A stretch of DNA of 32,000 bases from the NCBI GenBank assembly GCA_049303315.1, contig JBAQMZ010000029.1:105703-137702 (forward strand). The letters are read 5' to 3'. This document shows positions 13,086 through 23,581 of this stretch, one piece after another (position 1 is the first letter of the stretch; each line of letters opens with the position of its first letter). The translations under genes and the position numbers were made by a program. Origin of the DNA: Candidatus Methanoperedens sp. Its GTDB lineage: Archaea; Halobacteriota; Methanosarcinia; Methanosarcinales; Methanoperedenaceae. Below the pieces are notes generated by a model, which saw only the letters and a program-made list of their open reading frames with translations, had not been told where the DNA came from and did not search any database.

Positions 13086-15161
13086 ATGAATAACAAAAAA
13101 GTTAATGCCTTTATCGCATTTTCCGTCCTTTTCAGCTACGGTATAACACTCTTAATGATAAAATACCCTGCTTCCTACACAAGCGGCTCTCCTGTCGCTT
13201 TATTCTGGTCGGGAGTACCTATAGTCAGCATTGGAAAAAGCTTGTTTTTCCTTTTATTTGCCCTTATCGTTTCATACGTATTATCAAACATGAAACTGGA
13301 ATTTGATGAACGATACGCTCCGATTTATTTGTTTATAGCAGCATTTACTATCTCACTGTTCCTCTGGGGTATGCCGGAAGTTAACAACGATTATCGCGTA
13401 TATTTCGATTATGCGAAGACCGTTGAGGTCAACGGTTTGCAAAGTATCAACCAAGTAGTGCAATCGGGTTCAACATATTTCGTTATGCCGGTTTTGGATG
13501 GATACTTATTTAAGTTATTCGGGGAAGGAAGATTAATTATACAGATTCTCCGCACAACGCTCTTCGCTTTAACTGCCGTGGTAACATATTATATCGGCAA
13601 GGAGTTATGGGATAAAAGAGTGGGGCTTATTGCCGGAATACTGCTCTTATCATTTCCATATTTCCTTTCGATGAGCCATTTAATGCTCATAGATGTGCCC
13701 CTTGCATTTTTTGTATCACTCTCGGTTTTTGCTCTCATTAAGGCTCGGGACAGCAGGAAATGGTTTGTTATCCTTATACCTGTGCTCCTGTTAACGTTAT
13801 TTACGAAAAAGACCGGAATAGTATATCTTGGATTTTTGCTGCCAGTAGTGCTTCTGGCGTTATTTATTAAATATAAATGGAAGATTCTTAAAATAGCGGC
13901 TCCGGTTTTGGCAATAATAAGTTTTATCGCCGTGATAGAATTTTCAGATTTTTTAAAATGGACAGTGGAGTCGCTGCTCCACGGCCAGTCAGTAGCCTAT
14001 ATGTCTCACGGCATGTATTGGATTAATCCCCAGTATTATTTGAAATCCCTGCCCATTGTTATCGGTCCGATTGTGGCCATATTGGCTTTCGGCTCTATCG
14101 TACTCCTTCTCAGGAGGAGAGACCATCGCTTATTGATTCCTGTGGCATGGATGATTATCCCTATCTTTATAATGGTCAATCCGGCTTTCAGGCATCTGAT
14201 TCCTGCCTATCCTGCATATGCCCTTGCTGCTGCTGTTGTACTTATTGAAGTGGAGAAGGGAATTAGCATAGGTAAAAAATCTTTTAAGCTGGATGGACAA
14301 AACTGGAAATTCCTTGTTTCTTCTACCATACTCCTTTCAATCTTCATGGCATTGCTTGTATTTCCCCAGATAGAGGCTACTCATATGCAGGTTAATATTA
14401 AGGAGGCTGCGGAGTACACAAACGAGTTAGGAGTCAGTAATATCTCGCTCGTCACAATTGGTGATTCAGGATTTAATTGGTATGGGCAGGGAGGGGACTT
14501 CAGGAATATGTACGATTATTATTCTACCGCTAAGGTTGACTATTTCCCGGCGCAGCAATTCCAGGATACAAATCCAGACTCAATAGTAGTCGTCAGCACA
14601 GTCATTAACCCGGATATTCCTGCGCCCTTGAATAATACCATACATAACTACTATCTGTCCAAAATCTTCAGCAAGGGTGATTACGAATATTTCGCCCCTG
14701 CAATTTTCTCGGTATATCTGTCGCAGATCGAGTACCATTCAAGGTATCCAGAGTTCCTGCAGAATATCGGCAAAAAAATGAAGGTAGAGGTATTCGAGGT
14801 TGCAAACCCAAATGCAGGCATTTTGAATTTTGTTACCTGGACGCCTTCGGACAGGAAAATATTGGATAAAAACGTAAGCGTAACCTGGACGATCAAGGCA
14901 GAAGAAGAGCCTCTGGAAGTTGGCTTTTATTATCGTAAACAAGACGGCTTCTTCGCTGATAAAGAGGGAGAAGAGAAAATACAGAAAAGAAGCACAGTAG
15001 AAATAACAAGGGTTATCGAGCCCGCCCAGACCATGGATACGTATATAAGGGCTGTACCTATTGAAGTCGGCGGCAGGAAAATGAAGATAATAAACGTTAC
15101 CTTCAGATCAGAGTTTTACAACATTTCAATTACGAGGAACATGGAAGGATTTAGTTTTTAA
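13086..15161 (+). CDS. Polytopic membrane protein, putative GT-C fold glycosyltransferase (ArnT/PMT family-39-like) with a C-terminal soluble domain
   Basis: More than 10 hydrophobic segments over the first 430 aa or so, an acidic first loop (EVNNDYRVYFDYAK), then a roughly 250-aa hydrophilic domain. Glycan-cluster context. ATG 13086 is preferred over GTG 13077. Confidence 0.45.
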   Translation: MNNKKVNAFIAFSVLFSYGITLLMIKYPASYTSGSPVALFWSGVPIVSIGKSLFFLLFALIVSYVLSNMKLEFDERYAPIYLFIAAFTISLFLWGMPEVNNDYRVYFDYAKTVEVNGLQSINQVVQSGSTYFVMPVLDGYLFKLFGEGRLIIQILRTTLFALTAVVTYYIGKELWDKRVGLIAGILLLSFPYFLSMSHLMLIDVPLAFFVSLSVFALIKARDSRKWFVILIPVLLLTLFTKKTGIVYLGFLLPVVLLALFIKYKWKILKIAAPVLAIISFIAVIEFSDFLKWTVESLLHGQSVAYMSHGMYWINPQYYLKSLPIVIGPIVAILAFGSIVLLLRRRDHRLLIPVAWMIIPIFIMVNPAFRHLIPAYPAYALAAAVVLIEVEKGISIGKKSFKLDGQNWKFLVSSTILLSIFMALLVFPQIEATHMQVNIKEAAEYTNELGVSNISLVTIGDSGFNWYGQGGDFRNMYDYYSTAKVDYFPAQQFQDTNPDSIVVVSTVINPDIPAPLNNTIHNYYLSKIFSKGDYEYFAPAIFSVYLSQIEYHSRYPEFLQNIGKKMKVEVFEVANPNAGILNFVTWTPSDRKILDKNVSVTWTIKAEEEPLEVGFYYRKQDGFFADKEGEEKIQKRSTVEITRVIEPAQTMDTYIRAVPIEVGGRKMKIINVTFRSEFYNISITRNMEGFSF

Positions 15162-15281
15162 AAATACTGTATTCAGCGTCCGGTTAGCCATTGGTGTAAC
15201 ATAGAGATATTCAAAACCAGGAAAATATTATGATATTGATTTTTTTCACATTTGCATTATGAGATTGTGCAGAGGGGTAGT

Positions 15282-16631
15282 ATGAACTACATTAAACAGC
15301 CTGATGAAATAAAAATAATGTTTATCAATCCAGATTATATAAGCGGATTCAACTCGTATAAAAAGAATTCAATACTTAATCACGGTCTTCTTCAGATTGC
15401 TACATGTGCACAAAAAGCCGGATTTGATGTTACTTTTGTAGACACCAGAATGTTGAAGAACTGGAAAGATTTAGAAAGCACAATCAGCAGAGCACATCCA
15501 GACGTAGTAGCAACCGGTGGTATGAGCGTGAACTTTGGCTGGGCGCTAAAATGCATAGACATTGCAAAAAAAATCGATCCGGCTATTATAACTGTTATAG
15601 GGGGAGTTCATGCATCAATACGTCCTGACGAGGCTCTCTCTAAGGATGAAATTGACCACATAATAACAGGAGAAGGTGAAATCTCATTCATAGGATTGAT
15701 CCAAAACCTGTTTATTCACAGGGTAAAACAGCCAAGATTAATAAACGGGCAGAAACCAGAATTAGATGAGTTGCCTTTTATTAACCGTTCATTTTTGCCA
15801 TACTTTGAACTTAACAACCCAATATGGTTTGGCAAAAAGCCCTGGATAACAATTATAGCAGGAAGAGGTTGTCCTTATAAATGTAAATTCTGCCAGCCGT
15901 CTGAAAATATTTTATTCGGTACAGGCGTTCGAATCAGAAGTCCTGAAAATGTTATTGCTGAGGTCATCGAACTTCAGGAAAAATATTCATTCGATTATGT
16001 GCATTTCCATGATGACTGTCCTACATTTAGCAAAAAATGGATTGAAGATTTTTGTGAAAAATACGTTGATGCGGGATTTACCCAGAACTTTGCTGTAGCA
16101 GCGCGTGCCGATATATTATGTAAAAATGAAGATATGATATCTATCTTAGCTCGCGCAGGTTGCGATACGGTTTCTATTGGATTTGAAAGCGGCAGTCAGA
16201 GGATATTGGATTTTTTAGGCAAAGGTACTACGGTTGAACAAAATATCAAATCCGCAGAATTATGCCATAAGTATGGAATTAAGATTGTGGCTAACTATAT
16301 GTTTGGCGTACCGATAGAGACCCTGGATGATGTCAGAGCTACTCTGGAGATGCTGGACAAAATAAAACCAGATTATCGAAGCCCTGCATACTTTACACCA
16401 TATCCAGGTACATACCTGTACGATTATTGTGCAGAAAAGAATATTTCACTATTGCAAGAGTATAAAGATTTTAATAGATATCCGGATTCACACAAAATTA
16501 AAGGCATTGATTATAAATCAATTGAAAAACTCAGGATGGAGTACGGCGATTTAGGAAAAAATCGTTATATTCTACATTCCATAGTAAAAGAGTATCAACA
16601 TATTAAACGTGGTATATTAAATCAAGGATAA
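15282..16631 (+). CDS. B12-binding-domain radical SAM enzyme
   Basis: CxxxCxxC cluster motif GRGCPYKCKFC, preceded by a roughly 150-aa Rossmann-like N-terminal domain. ATG 15282 follows gagggg (15272-15277); the track starts at TTG 15252. Confidence 0.75.
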   Translation: MNYIKQPDEIKIMFINPDYISGFNSYKKNSILNHGLLQIATCAQKAGFDVTFVDTRMLKNWKDLESTISRAHPDVVATGGMSVNFGWALKCIDIAKKIDPAIITVIGGVHASIRPDEALSKDEIDHIITGEGEISFIGLIQNLFIHRVKQPRLINGQKPELDELPFINRSFLPYFELNNPIWFGKKPWITIIAGRGCPYKCKFCQPSENILFGTGVRIRSPENVIAEVIELQEKYSFDYVHFHDDCPTFSKKWIEDFCEKYVDAGFTQNFAVAARADILCKNEDMISILARAGCDTVSIGFESGSQRILDFLGKGTTVEQNIKSAELCHKYGIKIVANYMFGVPIETLDDVRATLEMLDKIKPDYRSPAYFTPYPGTYLYDYCAEKNISLLQEYKDFNRYPDSHKIKGIDYKSIEKLRMEYGDLGKNRYILHSIVKEYQHIKRGILNQG

Positions 16632-16637
16632 AGCGCT

Positions 16638-18149
16638 TCAAATTTTGATCGGGAGGTATTCTTTAATCAGTTCGGCGTCATAAGTATCAAGGCAGTTCAT
16701 TTTTAGGAGTGTGACTAAATACAAAGCACAGAAGAGAACTGTCTCAAATATAAGAGATATGAGGCTGGTCTTAAAAAAATAAGCTGCTGGATATAAAAGC
16801 AGCAAAGCAACGGCGCTCGCTCCTGTTGCCGGGAAAAGAACCTTCTGGAAAAAGACAGCATTCGCAATTCCCATGTGTTTGTGAAGAACCAGAATAAAGT
16901 AAATTGAAGCTATTATCATTGCAATAGATGTGCCCAGTGCTGCGCCAAGGTAGCCAATTTTTATTATCAATAATACACTCAGGATCAGGTTCAATACCGT
17001 GGCTATTATGGAACTTTTCATGACATAATCAGGTTTTCCCAAGCCAGTGGCAATCTGGCTGCCTGAGGAAGTCATAATATTTGCAAAATAGCCCAGCAAG
17101 AGTACCTGAAGTGTAACCACAGAGAGTTCATATCCTTCACCTAGCCACACCCTGATAATACCTGGAGCCAGGAAAAAAGCAAAAAAAAGGAGAGGAATGC
17201 TCACCAGTGAGAGGTATTTGGATGAGCGCATGTAGAGCTCCCTTAAGGAGTTCTCATTCCCGGCAGCTTTCATCTCCGATGCGGCAGGAAGGATAGCGCT
17301 TACAATGGCTAAGGGAACCATTCGCACAGTCAATGCCACAGTAGCCGCAACTTCATAGAAAGCGACGAAGCTCAACTGGAGAAAATAAGTGATGAAAATT
17401 TTGTCGGTCTGGAAGTGCATCATATCGCCTATGCGGCTGAAGTGTATCTTTGTACCGAAAGTCAGGAGTTCTTTTAGTATTTTTGCATCAAGAAACCTGC
17501 GACCGATAGCAAGTCGGGGGAAGACCCTTTTTGAGGCTATAGCATAGGCAAGTGAAGTTATGATAGCGATTATTCCTGTGTTCAATATAAGACCTGCAAG
17601 CCCGAAACCTCCGATAAGGAACAAAACTATTCCAATGCCCTCAAGAGTAGTGACAACGATTTTGATCTTGTTAGTCACGTCCATCTTCTGAAGACCGATG
17701 ATAACAGAGCCAAAAACGCTCATGGTATTTGAGAATGCAAAGATAAGGACTCCCCCTGTAAGGACAAAATCCGCTTCATCGATAAGGGTAGGGGGTATAT
17801 GAAGAATATTCTCAACTGCCGATTTTATTAAAAAAATTGCCGCAATACAGGAGACCAGCCCTGCGGCAGCATAAAATACCAGTGCAGAATTCACTACTTT
17901 ATTTATTGAATCGAATTCTTTTTTTGCGTAATACGAAGAGACATATTTCACTACCGATGTCCCGATACTAAAATCAAGAAGCGCAAAGTATCCGGTGAAC
18001 AGAAGCACAAGAGCCCATATCCCAAACCTTTCTGTCCCGATATGATTTATTATGAAAGGGGTTAAGAGGATCTTTATTAAAAGACTCCACGACCCTCCCA
18101 ATGTATTAAAAATAGTATTTCTTATTATTTTTGTTGAGATATTGCCCAT
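16638..18149 (-). CDS. Polysaccharide/oligosaccharide flippase (MOP superfamily, Wzx-like)
   Basis: 503 aa, hydrophobic throughout with about 12-14 predicted helices, in a glycan-cluster context. Confidence 0.7.
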   Translation of the reverse strand: MGNISTKIIRNTIFNTLGGSWSLLIKILLTPFIINHIGTERFGIWALVLLFTGYFALLDFSIGTSVVKYVSSYYAKKEFDSINKVVNSALVFYAAAGLVSCIAAIFLIKSAVENILHIPPTLIDEADFVLTGGVLIFAFSNTMSVFGSVIIGLQKMDVTNKIKIVVTTLEGIGIVLFLIGGFGLAGLILNTGIIAIITSLAYAIASKRVFPRLAIGRRFLDAKILKELLTFGTKIHFSRIGDMMHFQTDKIFITYFLQLSFVAFYEVAATVALTVRMVPLAIVSAILPAASEMKAAGNENSLRELYMRSSKYLSLVSIPLLFFAFFLAPGIIRVWLGEGYELSVVTLQVLLLGYFANIMTSSGSQIATGLGKPDYVMKSSIIATVLNLILSVLLIIKIGYLGAALGTSIAMIIASIYFILVLHKHMGIANAVFFQKVLFPATGASAVALLLLYPAAYFFKTSLISLIFETVLFCALYLVTLLKMNCLDTYDAELIKEYLPIKI

Positions 18150-18270
18150 AAAATATCAGTAATTCATAACATGTTTTTTTTCTTAATCGTACTTATTCTA
18201 AAAATATTGTAAGTGTCTGATTTATTGATACAATTATTGATACAATTGAAATTAACCAATTCAACATTCT

Positions 18271-18984
18271 TCAAATTCGTTGTTTAATTTTCCGAACCAA
18301 TTCACTTGCCCTGAATAATGATTCAAATGTCCCGGCATCGCTCCAGTATCCTGAAAGCACAGAATAACTCATCTCACCTCTGCGAATATATTCATTATTT
18401 ACATCTGTTATCTCAAGTTCTCCTCTACCTGAAGGCTTCAGGGTATGTATTATATCGAATACCTGGGAATCGTAAACATACAATCCTGTAACAGCAAGAT
18501 TCGATTTTGGTACAGTTGGTTTTTCTTCAATCGAAATAATGCGGCTCCCCTGTCTCTCAGCCACTCCAAATCTATTAGCATCCGGCACTTCCTTTAAGAA
18601 TATCATTGCGCCAGATTTAAAAGATGCAACTTCTTTGCTCACGTTATCTTGAAAGATATTATCGCCAAGGATTACCGTGACAGGTTCTTTATCTGCAAAA
18701 TTCCTGGCAAGGCTCAGAGCCTCGGCAATACCGCCGGCTTTTTCCTGAATCTCATAGGTAAGATGCACTCCAAACTCTGCACCTGAACCCAAAAGTTCAA
18801 GAAAATGCCCGGCATGACCGCGACCGGAAACAATCATGATTTCTTCAATATCTGCATCGATTAGTGTCTGCAGTGGATAGTATATCATGGGTTTATCAAA
18901 GACCGGAAGTAAGTGTTTATTAGTAATTTTGGTCAAAGGATACAGGCGAGAGCCTGTTCCGCCTGCAAGTATTATACCCTTCAT
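18271..18984 (-). CDS. rmlA: Glucose-1-phosphate thymidylyltransferase (short form)
   Basis: MKGIILAGGTGSRLYPLT..KHLLPV signature. Adjacent to rmlD, rmlB and rmlC. Confidence 0.85.
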   Translation of the reverse strand: MKGIILAGGTGSRLYPLTKITNKHLLPVFDKPMIYYPLQTLIDADIEEIMIVSGRGHAGHFLELLGSGAEFGVHLTYEIQEKAGGIAEALSLARNFADKEPVTVILGDNIFQDNVSKEVASFKSGAMIFLKEVPDANRFGVAERQGSRIISIEEKPTVPKSNLAVTGLYVYDSQVFDIIHTLKPSGRGELEITDVNNEYIRRGEMSYSVLSGYWSDAGTFESLFRASELVRKIKQRI

Positions 18985-19823
18985 AAATACCCCATCATTG
19001 TTTTCCGCTTATTTAAATATTCAGCAAGTGCATCTTTCCAGTGCCGCATCAGGGTTGTTTTAGTGTTAACCAGAACTGAATATGTTGGGCGCTTAGCTTT
19101 TCTAACAAACTCTTTACTCTTGCATGGTGTTACATTATCTATAATAGCAGATGCAAATTCGTACCATGAACATACCCCCTCATTAGTGATATGATAGATA
19201 CCAGGTCCAAGTCCAACGATTTCGACCGTTTTCCTGGCAAGATCAAAAGCATAGGTTGGTTTACCAAACTGGTCATTTACAACTCTCACAGTTTCCATCC
19301 GCTCTTTTAATTTAAGCATCGTATCAACAAAATTCACACCGTACGCTCCGAATAGCCAGGAGGTCCGGATAATCCTGTAGTTATTCGTATTCTGAGTAAT
19401 ATTTTTCTCGCCCATGAGCTTAGAGCTACCATAGACATTGATAGGATTTGGCATGTCTGATTCTATGTATTCTTTTTTAGAGCCATCGAATACATAATCC
19501 GAACTATAATGAATTAATTTTGCACCAGAATTAGAGCATCCCTCGGCTATGTAGCCAGGTGCAATGCCGTTTACACCAAACGCCAGTTCCTGATTTTCCT
19601 CACAATCATCAACAGAAGTATAAGCTGCAGCATTTATCACAACATCTGGTTTTTCCATCCCGATTGTTTTGAGGACCATTTTTCTATTTCGTATATCAAT
19701 ATCACTATGCTTGAGCTTAATTGCATCAGGAAATACATTACACAATTCTCTGCCGAGCATGCCGCCAGCGCCAAATATTAGGATTTTAATTTTTCCCACC
19801 ACCACCGATTCTCGATATACCAA
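18981..19823 (-). CDS. rmlD: dTDP-4-dehydrorhamnose reductase
   Basis: ILIFGAGGMLGREL and the SSDYVFDG...YGSSK motifs. An ATG at 19823 would overlap rmlB by 46 nt, so a GTG start near 19796-19802 is equally plausible. Confidence 0.8.
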   Translation of the reverse strand: MVYRESVVVGKIKILIFGAGGMLGRELCNVFPDAIKLKHSDIDIRNRKMVLKTIGMEKPDVVINAAAYTSVDDCEENQELAFGVNGIAPGYIAEGCSNSGAKLIHYSSDYVFDGSKKEYIESDMPNPINVYGSSKLMGEKNITQNTNNYRIIRTSWLFGAYGVNFVDTMLKLKERMETVRVVNDQFGKPTYAFDLARKTVEIVGLGPGIYHITNEGVCSWYEFASAIIDNVTPCKSKEFVRKAKRPTYSVLVNTKTTLMRHWKDALAEYLNKRKTMMGYL

Positions 19824-20761
19824 TTAACAGTATATTCAAGCGCATAATCAAAATTGTGTTCTGGCCCCCATCCAAGAGACTTTAATTTTGAACAATCAAG
19901 CGAATACCGCAAATCATGACCCGGACGGTCTTTTACATAATCAACCATAGATTCATCCTTTCCAAGAAGTTCTAGAATCTTTTTTGTGATTTCAAGATTT
20001 GTTTTTTCAGCGCCCCCGCCTATATTGTAAATTTCGCCAATACAGCCGTTGTGGAGGATAAAATCAATCGCTTTGCAGTGGTCAAGCACATATATCCAGT
20101 CGCGCACATTCTTGCCGGTTCCATAAACAGGAACCTTCTTATTCTCCAAAATATTTGTTATAAACAAAGGAATTAGCTTCTCAGGGTACTGGTAAGGTCC
20201 GAAGTTATTGGTGCATCGGGTTATAATAACTGGTAATTTATGTGTTATATAATACGATTGTGCAAGTAGGTCAGAACCTGCTTTACTTGAAGAATAAGGG
20301 CTGGATGGGGTAAGAATATCAGTTTCTTTGAAAGACCCTTCAATTCTGCTACCGTAAACCTCATCGGTTGATATATGGATAAACTTTTTTACATTGTGTT
20401 TCAATGCGCTATCAAGAAGGGTAGATGTACCAAGAACATTGGTTTTTACAAAAAGAGAAGCATCTTCTATCGAACGATCAACATGGCTCTCTGCTGCAAA
20501 ATGTACTACATAATCGACCTTTTGCATAAGCTTATTTACAACATTTTTGTCACAGATATCGCCACGGACAAATGAATAACGTATGTTATTTTCAATATCC
20601 TTCAGGTTATCAGGATTTCCTGCGTAGGTCTGTTTATCGAGATTGATAATCATGGAATCCGGATATTTCTCCAGCATATGCCGGATAAAGTTGCTACCGA
20701 TAAATCCCAATCCACCGGTTACCAGTAGATTCAACGTTTTAACCTCGTTTGATTTAACCAT
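19778..20761 (-). CDS. rmlB: dTDP-glucose 4,6-dehydratase
   Basis: VTGGLGFIGSNF, ISTDEVYG and YSSSKAGSD (YxxxK). Confidence 0.9.
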   Translation of the reverse strand: MVKSNEVKTLNLLVTGGLGFIGSNFIRHMLEKYPDSMIINLDKQTYAGNPDNLKDIENNIRYSFVRGDICDKNVVNKLMQKVDYVVHFAAESHVDRSIEDASLFVKTNVLGTSTLLDSALKHNVKKFIHISTDEVYGSRIEGSFKETDILTPSSPYSSSKAGSDLLAQSYYITHKLPVIITRCTNNFGPYQYPEKLIPLFITNILENKKVPVYGTGKNVRDWIYVLDHCKAIDFILHNGCIGEIYNIGGGAEKTNLEITKKILELLGKDESMVDYVKDRPGHDLRYSLDCSKLKSLGWGPEHNFDYALEYTVNWYIENRWWWEKLKS

Positions 20762-21227
20762 GTTTTAAACCGGGGGCAAGTCCCCAATCGTATGGAATTT
20801 CCTTAGTATCGGGAGGCAGGCGGTATTCATCAGGTTCTGCATAATTATACGGAAGTGTAGGAATACTTAAAAAATAAGCTGTTTCTGTACCAATCGCTTT
20901 GAAACCATGATATACCCCAGGAGGAACACTTACCAAAATCGGATTTTTTTCACCCACAAATAATTCCAATATTGTTTTATATGTTGGTGAATCTTCACGT
21001 GCATCATACAAAACTACTTTCATCATTCCATGAATGCATGTGAAATTATCTGTTTGCATTTTGTGGTAATGCCAGCCCTTAACGACCCCGGGATATGCAG
21101 TAGTTATATAGACCTGACCAAACTTGCTGAATATTTCATCATCACATCGCAAAATTTCTGTAAGCCAACCCCGTTCATCTGCGACAACTTTCAGGGTTTT
21201 GATTACTACACCATCTATATTTTCCAT
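20754..21227 (-). CDS. rmlC: dTDP-4-dehydrorhamnose 3,5-epimerase-like cupin (short RmlC type)
   Basis: DERGWLTE, GWHYH and PPGVYHGF motifs. Overlaps the rmlB start by 8 nt. Confidence 0.75.
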   Translation of the reverse strand: MENIDGVVIKTLKVVADERGWLTEILRCDDEIFSKFGQVYITTAYPGVVKGWHYHKMQTDNFTCIHGMMKVVLYDAREDSPTYKTILELFVGEKNPILVSVPPGVYHGFKAIGTETAYFLSIPTLPYNYAEPDEYRLPPDTKEIPYDWGLAPGLKHG

Positions 21228-21289
21228 ACTTCTACCTATTAATTTTAAGACGTACGTATTTTAATATATATCTACATATTTAACTTTGT

Positions 21290-22252
21290 TCATTTTGTAT
21301 GTTTAATTGGAATACTAGCCCATGTATGTATAAACCTTTGAATTTTGTTTTCGTCTACTGAACATTTTGATTTCTTTGCCAGCATTTTCGGGATTCCCTT
21401 GATAGCGCCAATTTTTGAGGTGAGGATTGCGTTGCCATGTCCTTTTAAAATATAATATGGTATCACGGCAATGTTTCTACCTATAATCCATGGGAGGGAT
21501 GTGAGTAACATCCGAGGAGGAAAATTTTTGATTGAATTCCATATTATATTTCTATTTCCATAATATAAGGTATAGTCGGTTGCATAACCCGCCGTCCCGC
21601 CGTGCACATGATAAACCACAGCTTTCGGAACATACAAACACTTCCATCCTGCAAGCCTTCCCCTGAATGCCAGGTCTGCATCTTCCATATATGCATAAAA
21701 ATCTTCATCAAACAATCCAATTTCTTCAAGCATACTTTTCCGATACATGGCTGCGCCTGCGCACGGACCAAATACTTCCCCGATAGATTCGTACTGTCCA
21801 TTGTCACACTCAAACATACCCCTATCCCAGCAGGCACCACTCCTCGAAATGCAGATACCTGTGGAATTTATCATTTTGCGCTTTTTCATAAATAGCAATT
21901 TTGATGCGCACATGCCGACATTTTCATCGGAATTAATAGACCTTACAAGTTCTTCCAGCCATGCCGGGGTGACTTCGGTATCGTTATTCAATGTTGCTAT
22001 CAAATCTCCCTTTGCTTCTTTAATCCCGATATTATTGCCTTTTGCAAAACCGTAGTTTTTTTCATTTTCAATAATGCGTACAGATGGGAAATGTGCTTTA
22101 ACGTATTCTACGGAGGTGTCCGTTGAAGCATTATCCACAAAGATAACCTCAAAATCATGATACGTCTGATTTTCCATGGATGAAAGACATGCATTAAGAT
22201 ATTTTTTGCCGTTATAGTTTACTACTACAATCGAGACTTTTTGACCGCTCAT
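21290..22252 (-). CDS. Glycosyltransferase family 2
   Basis: SIVVVNYNGKKYL, VDNASTD and NNDTEV (DxD-like) motifs. Confidence 0.8.
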   Translation of the reverse strand: MSGQKVSIVVVNYNGKKYLNACLSSMENQTYHDFEVIFVDNASTDTSVEYVKAHFPSVRIIENEKNYGFAKGNNIGIKEAKGDLIATLNNDTEVTPAWLEELVRSINSDENVGMCASKLLFMKKRKMINSTGICISRSGACWDRGMFECDNGQYESIGEVFGPCAGAAMYRKSMLEEIGLFDEDFYAYMEDADLAFRGRLAGWKCLYVPKAVVYHVHGGTAGYATDYTLYYGNRNIIWNSIKNFPPRMLLTSLPWIIGRNIAVIPYYILKGHGNAILTSKIGAIKGIPKMLAKKSKCSVDENKIQRFIHTWASIPIKHTK

Positions 22253-23365
22253 CTAAACTACACCCAGATAGACGTCTTCCATAGCTTTACAAACGTTCCC
22301 CCATGTATACTTTTCCTTCACAAGCTTACGTCCCCGCTCTCCCATCCTCTCTGCTTCTTTTTTATCCTGTAGGACTCTTATTATCGCATCTGCCAGCGCT
22401 TTTGTATCCCCGGGTTTAACCACAATCCCTGTGTTATACTTTTCAATATCCTCGGCTATACCAACTATATTGGTGCTTACAACCGGCCTTCCGGATGCCA
22501 GCGCCTCCAGCAACACAATTCCAAAACCCTCCTGCGCCGCAGATATCGAAGGCAGGACGAATAGGTTGCAGTTTATATAGCACCATGGGATGTTATCATT
22601 AGGCACATACCCAAGAAATTCAACGTTTTCTCCAAGGCCCATAGAAGCTGCTTTTCTTTTATAGTACCCAAGTAGTTTTCCACTCCCACCAACTTTCAAT
22701 TTGACATTGGGGATTTGTTTTTTTACCAGCTTAACAGATTCCAGTAGATGGTCAAGTCCTTTATATCTGTGAAATTCATCTAACAGGCTTAAGAAAAAAA
22801 CTGTATCTTCGACTTTGGTATCTTCAGGCTTAAATATTTCAATATCAACTCCAACCGGTACAATCTTAATCTTCTCTTTATATGCCTTCAGATGAGTGGA
22901 GAACTCGAGGTAATTGTGGTGGGAAATAATGATTTTCCTTGCTCTTTTCAAAAGAAATTTAAGAGCTGTCTGATTGTAAACCCTTGCAATATAGCTAGCA
23001 GTACCTCTTCCGACAATGTCATTGTGGTACGTCAAAACCAGCGGTTTTCTCTTCGTCATTGAAACAAGCGCGCTCCAGTCAGCGCTCCATGGTGTTGGCA
23101 GGTGGGTGTGAAGTACATCGAAATCTTCATTTAAAATATGAAAGGGCAAAGTAGGGGTGATATTGGTGTTGGCAATCTTTCCTATAAACTCTAACCTTTT
23201 TTGTTTAATTATATTTATTTCTTTTTTAGTATATTTTGGTTCATTTGCACATATTATCCGGACTTCATGTCCTAATTTAACGAGTTCTCTGGAAAGGTAG
23301 TAGGTATAGTTCTCTACTCCACCTATATATGGGTAAAACCTTGCTGGAGTCTGTAGTATTTTCAA
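22253..23365 (-). CDS. Glycosyltransferase family 4 (GT-B)
   Basis: C-terminal EGFGIVLLEALASGRPVVSTNIVG motif. TTG start with aggag 8 nt upstream. Confidence 0.8.
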   Translation of the reverse strand: MKILQTPARFYPYIGGVENYTYYLSRELVKLGHEVRIICANEPKYTKKEINIIKQKRLEFIGKIANTNITPTLPFHILNEDFDVLHTHLPTPWSADWSALVSMTKRKPLVLTYHNDIVGRGTASYIARVYNQTALKFLLKRARKIIISHHNYLEFSTHLKAYKEKIKIVPVGVDIEIFKPEDTKVEDTVFFLSLLDEFHRYKGLDHLLESVKLVKKQIPNVKLKVGGSGKLLGYYKRKAASMGLGENVEFLGYVPNDNIPWCYINCNLFVLPSISAAQEGFGIVLLEALASGRPVVSTNIVGIAEDIEKYNTGIVVKPGDTKALADAIIRVLQDKKEAERMGERGRKLVKEKYTWGNVCKAMEDVYLGVV

Positions 23366-23581
23366 AGCATACTTCTCCTGAATTCTGATGGAATAATATC
23401 TTTAACTATATTTAAATGCCTAACATCGATTGTCTCAAACAAATGGTTTATTAGAGTAATGACCAATGTTGTTCAAGAAGATGACAGTGGTAAAATCGAT
23501 ACCTAACCGCCCCGGGCGGCGCTTCCGCGCGGATGTTGTTTGCAGTAAAAGGTTTAGTACTATCAGGGAAAAGATTAGTCC

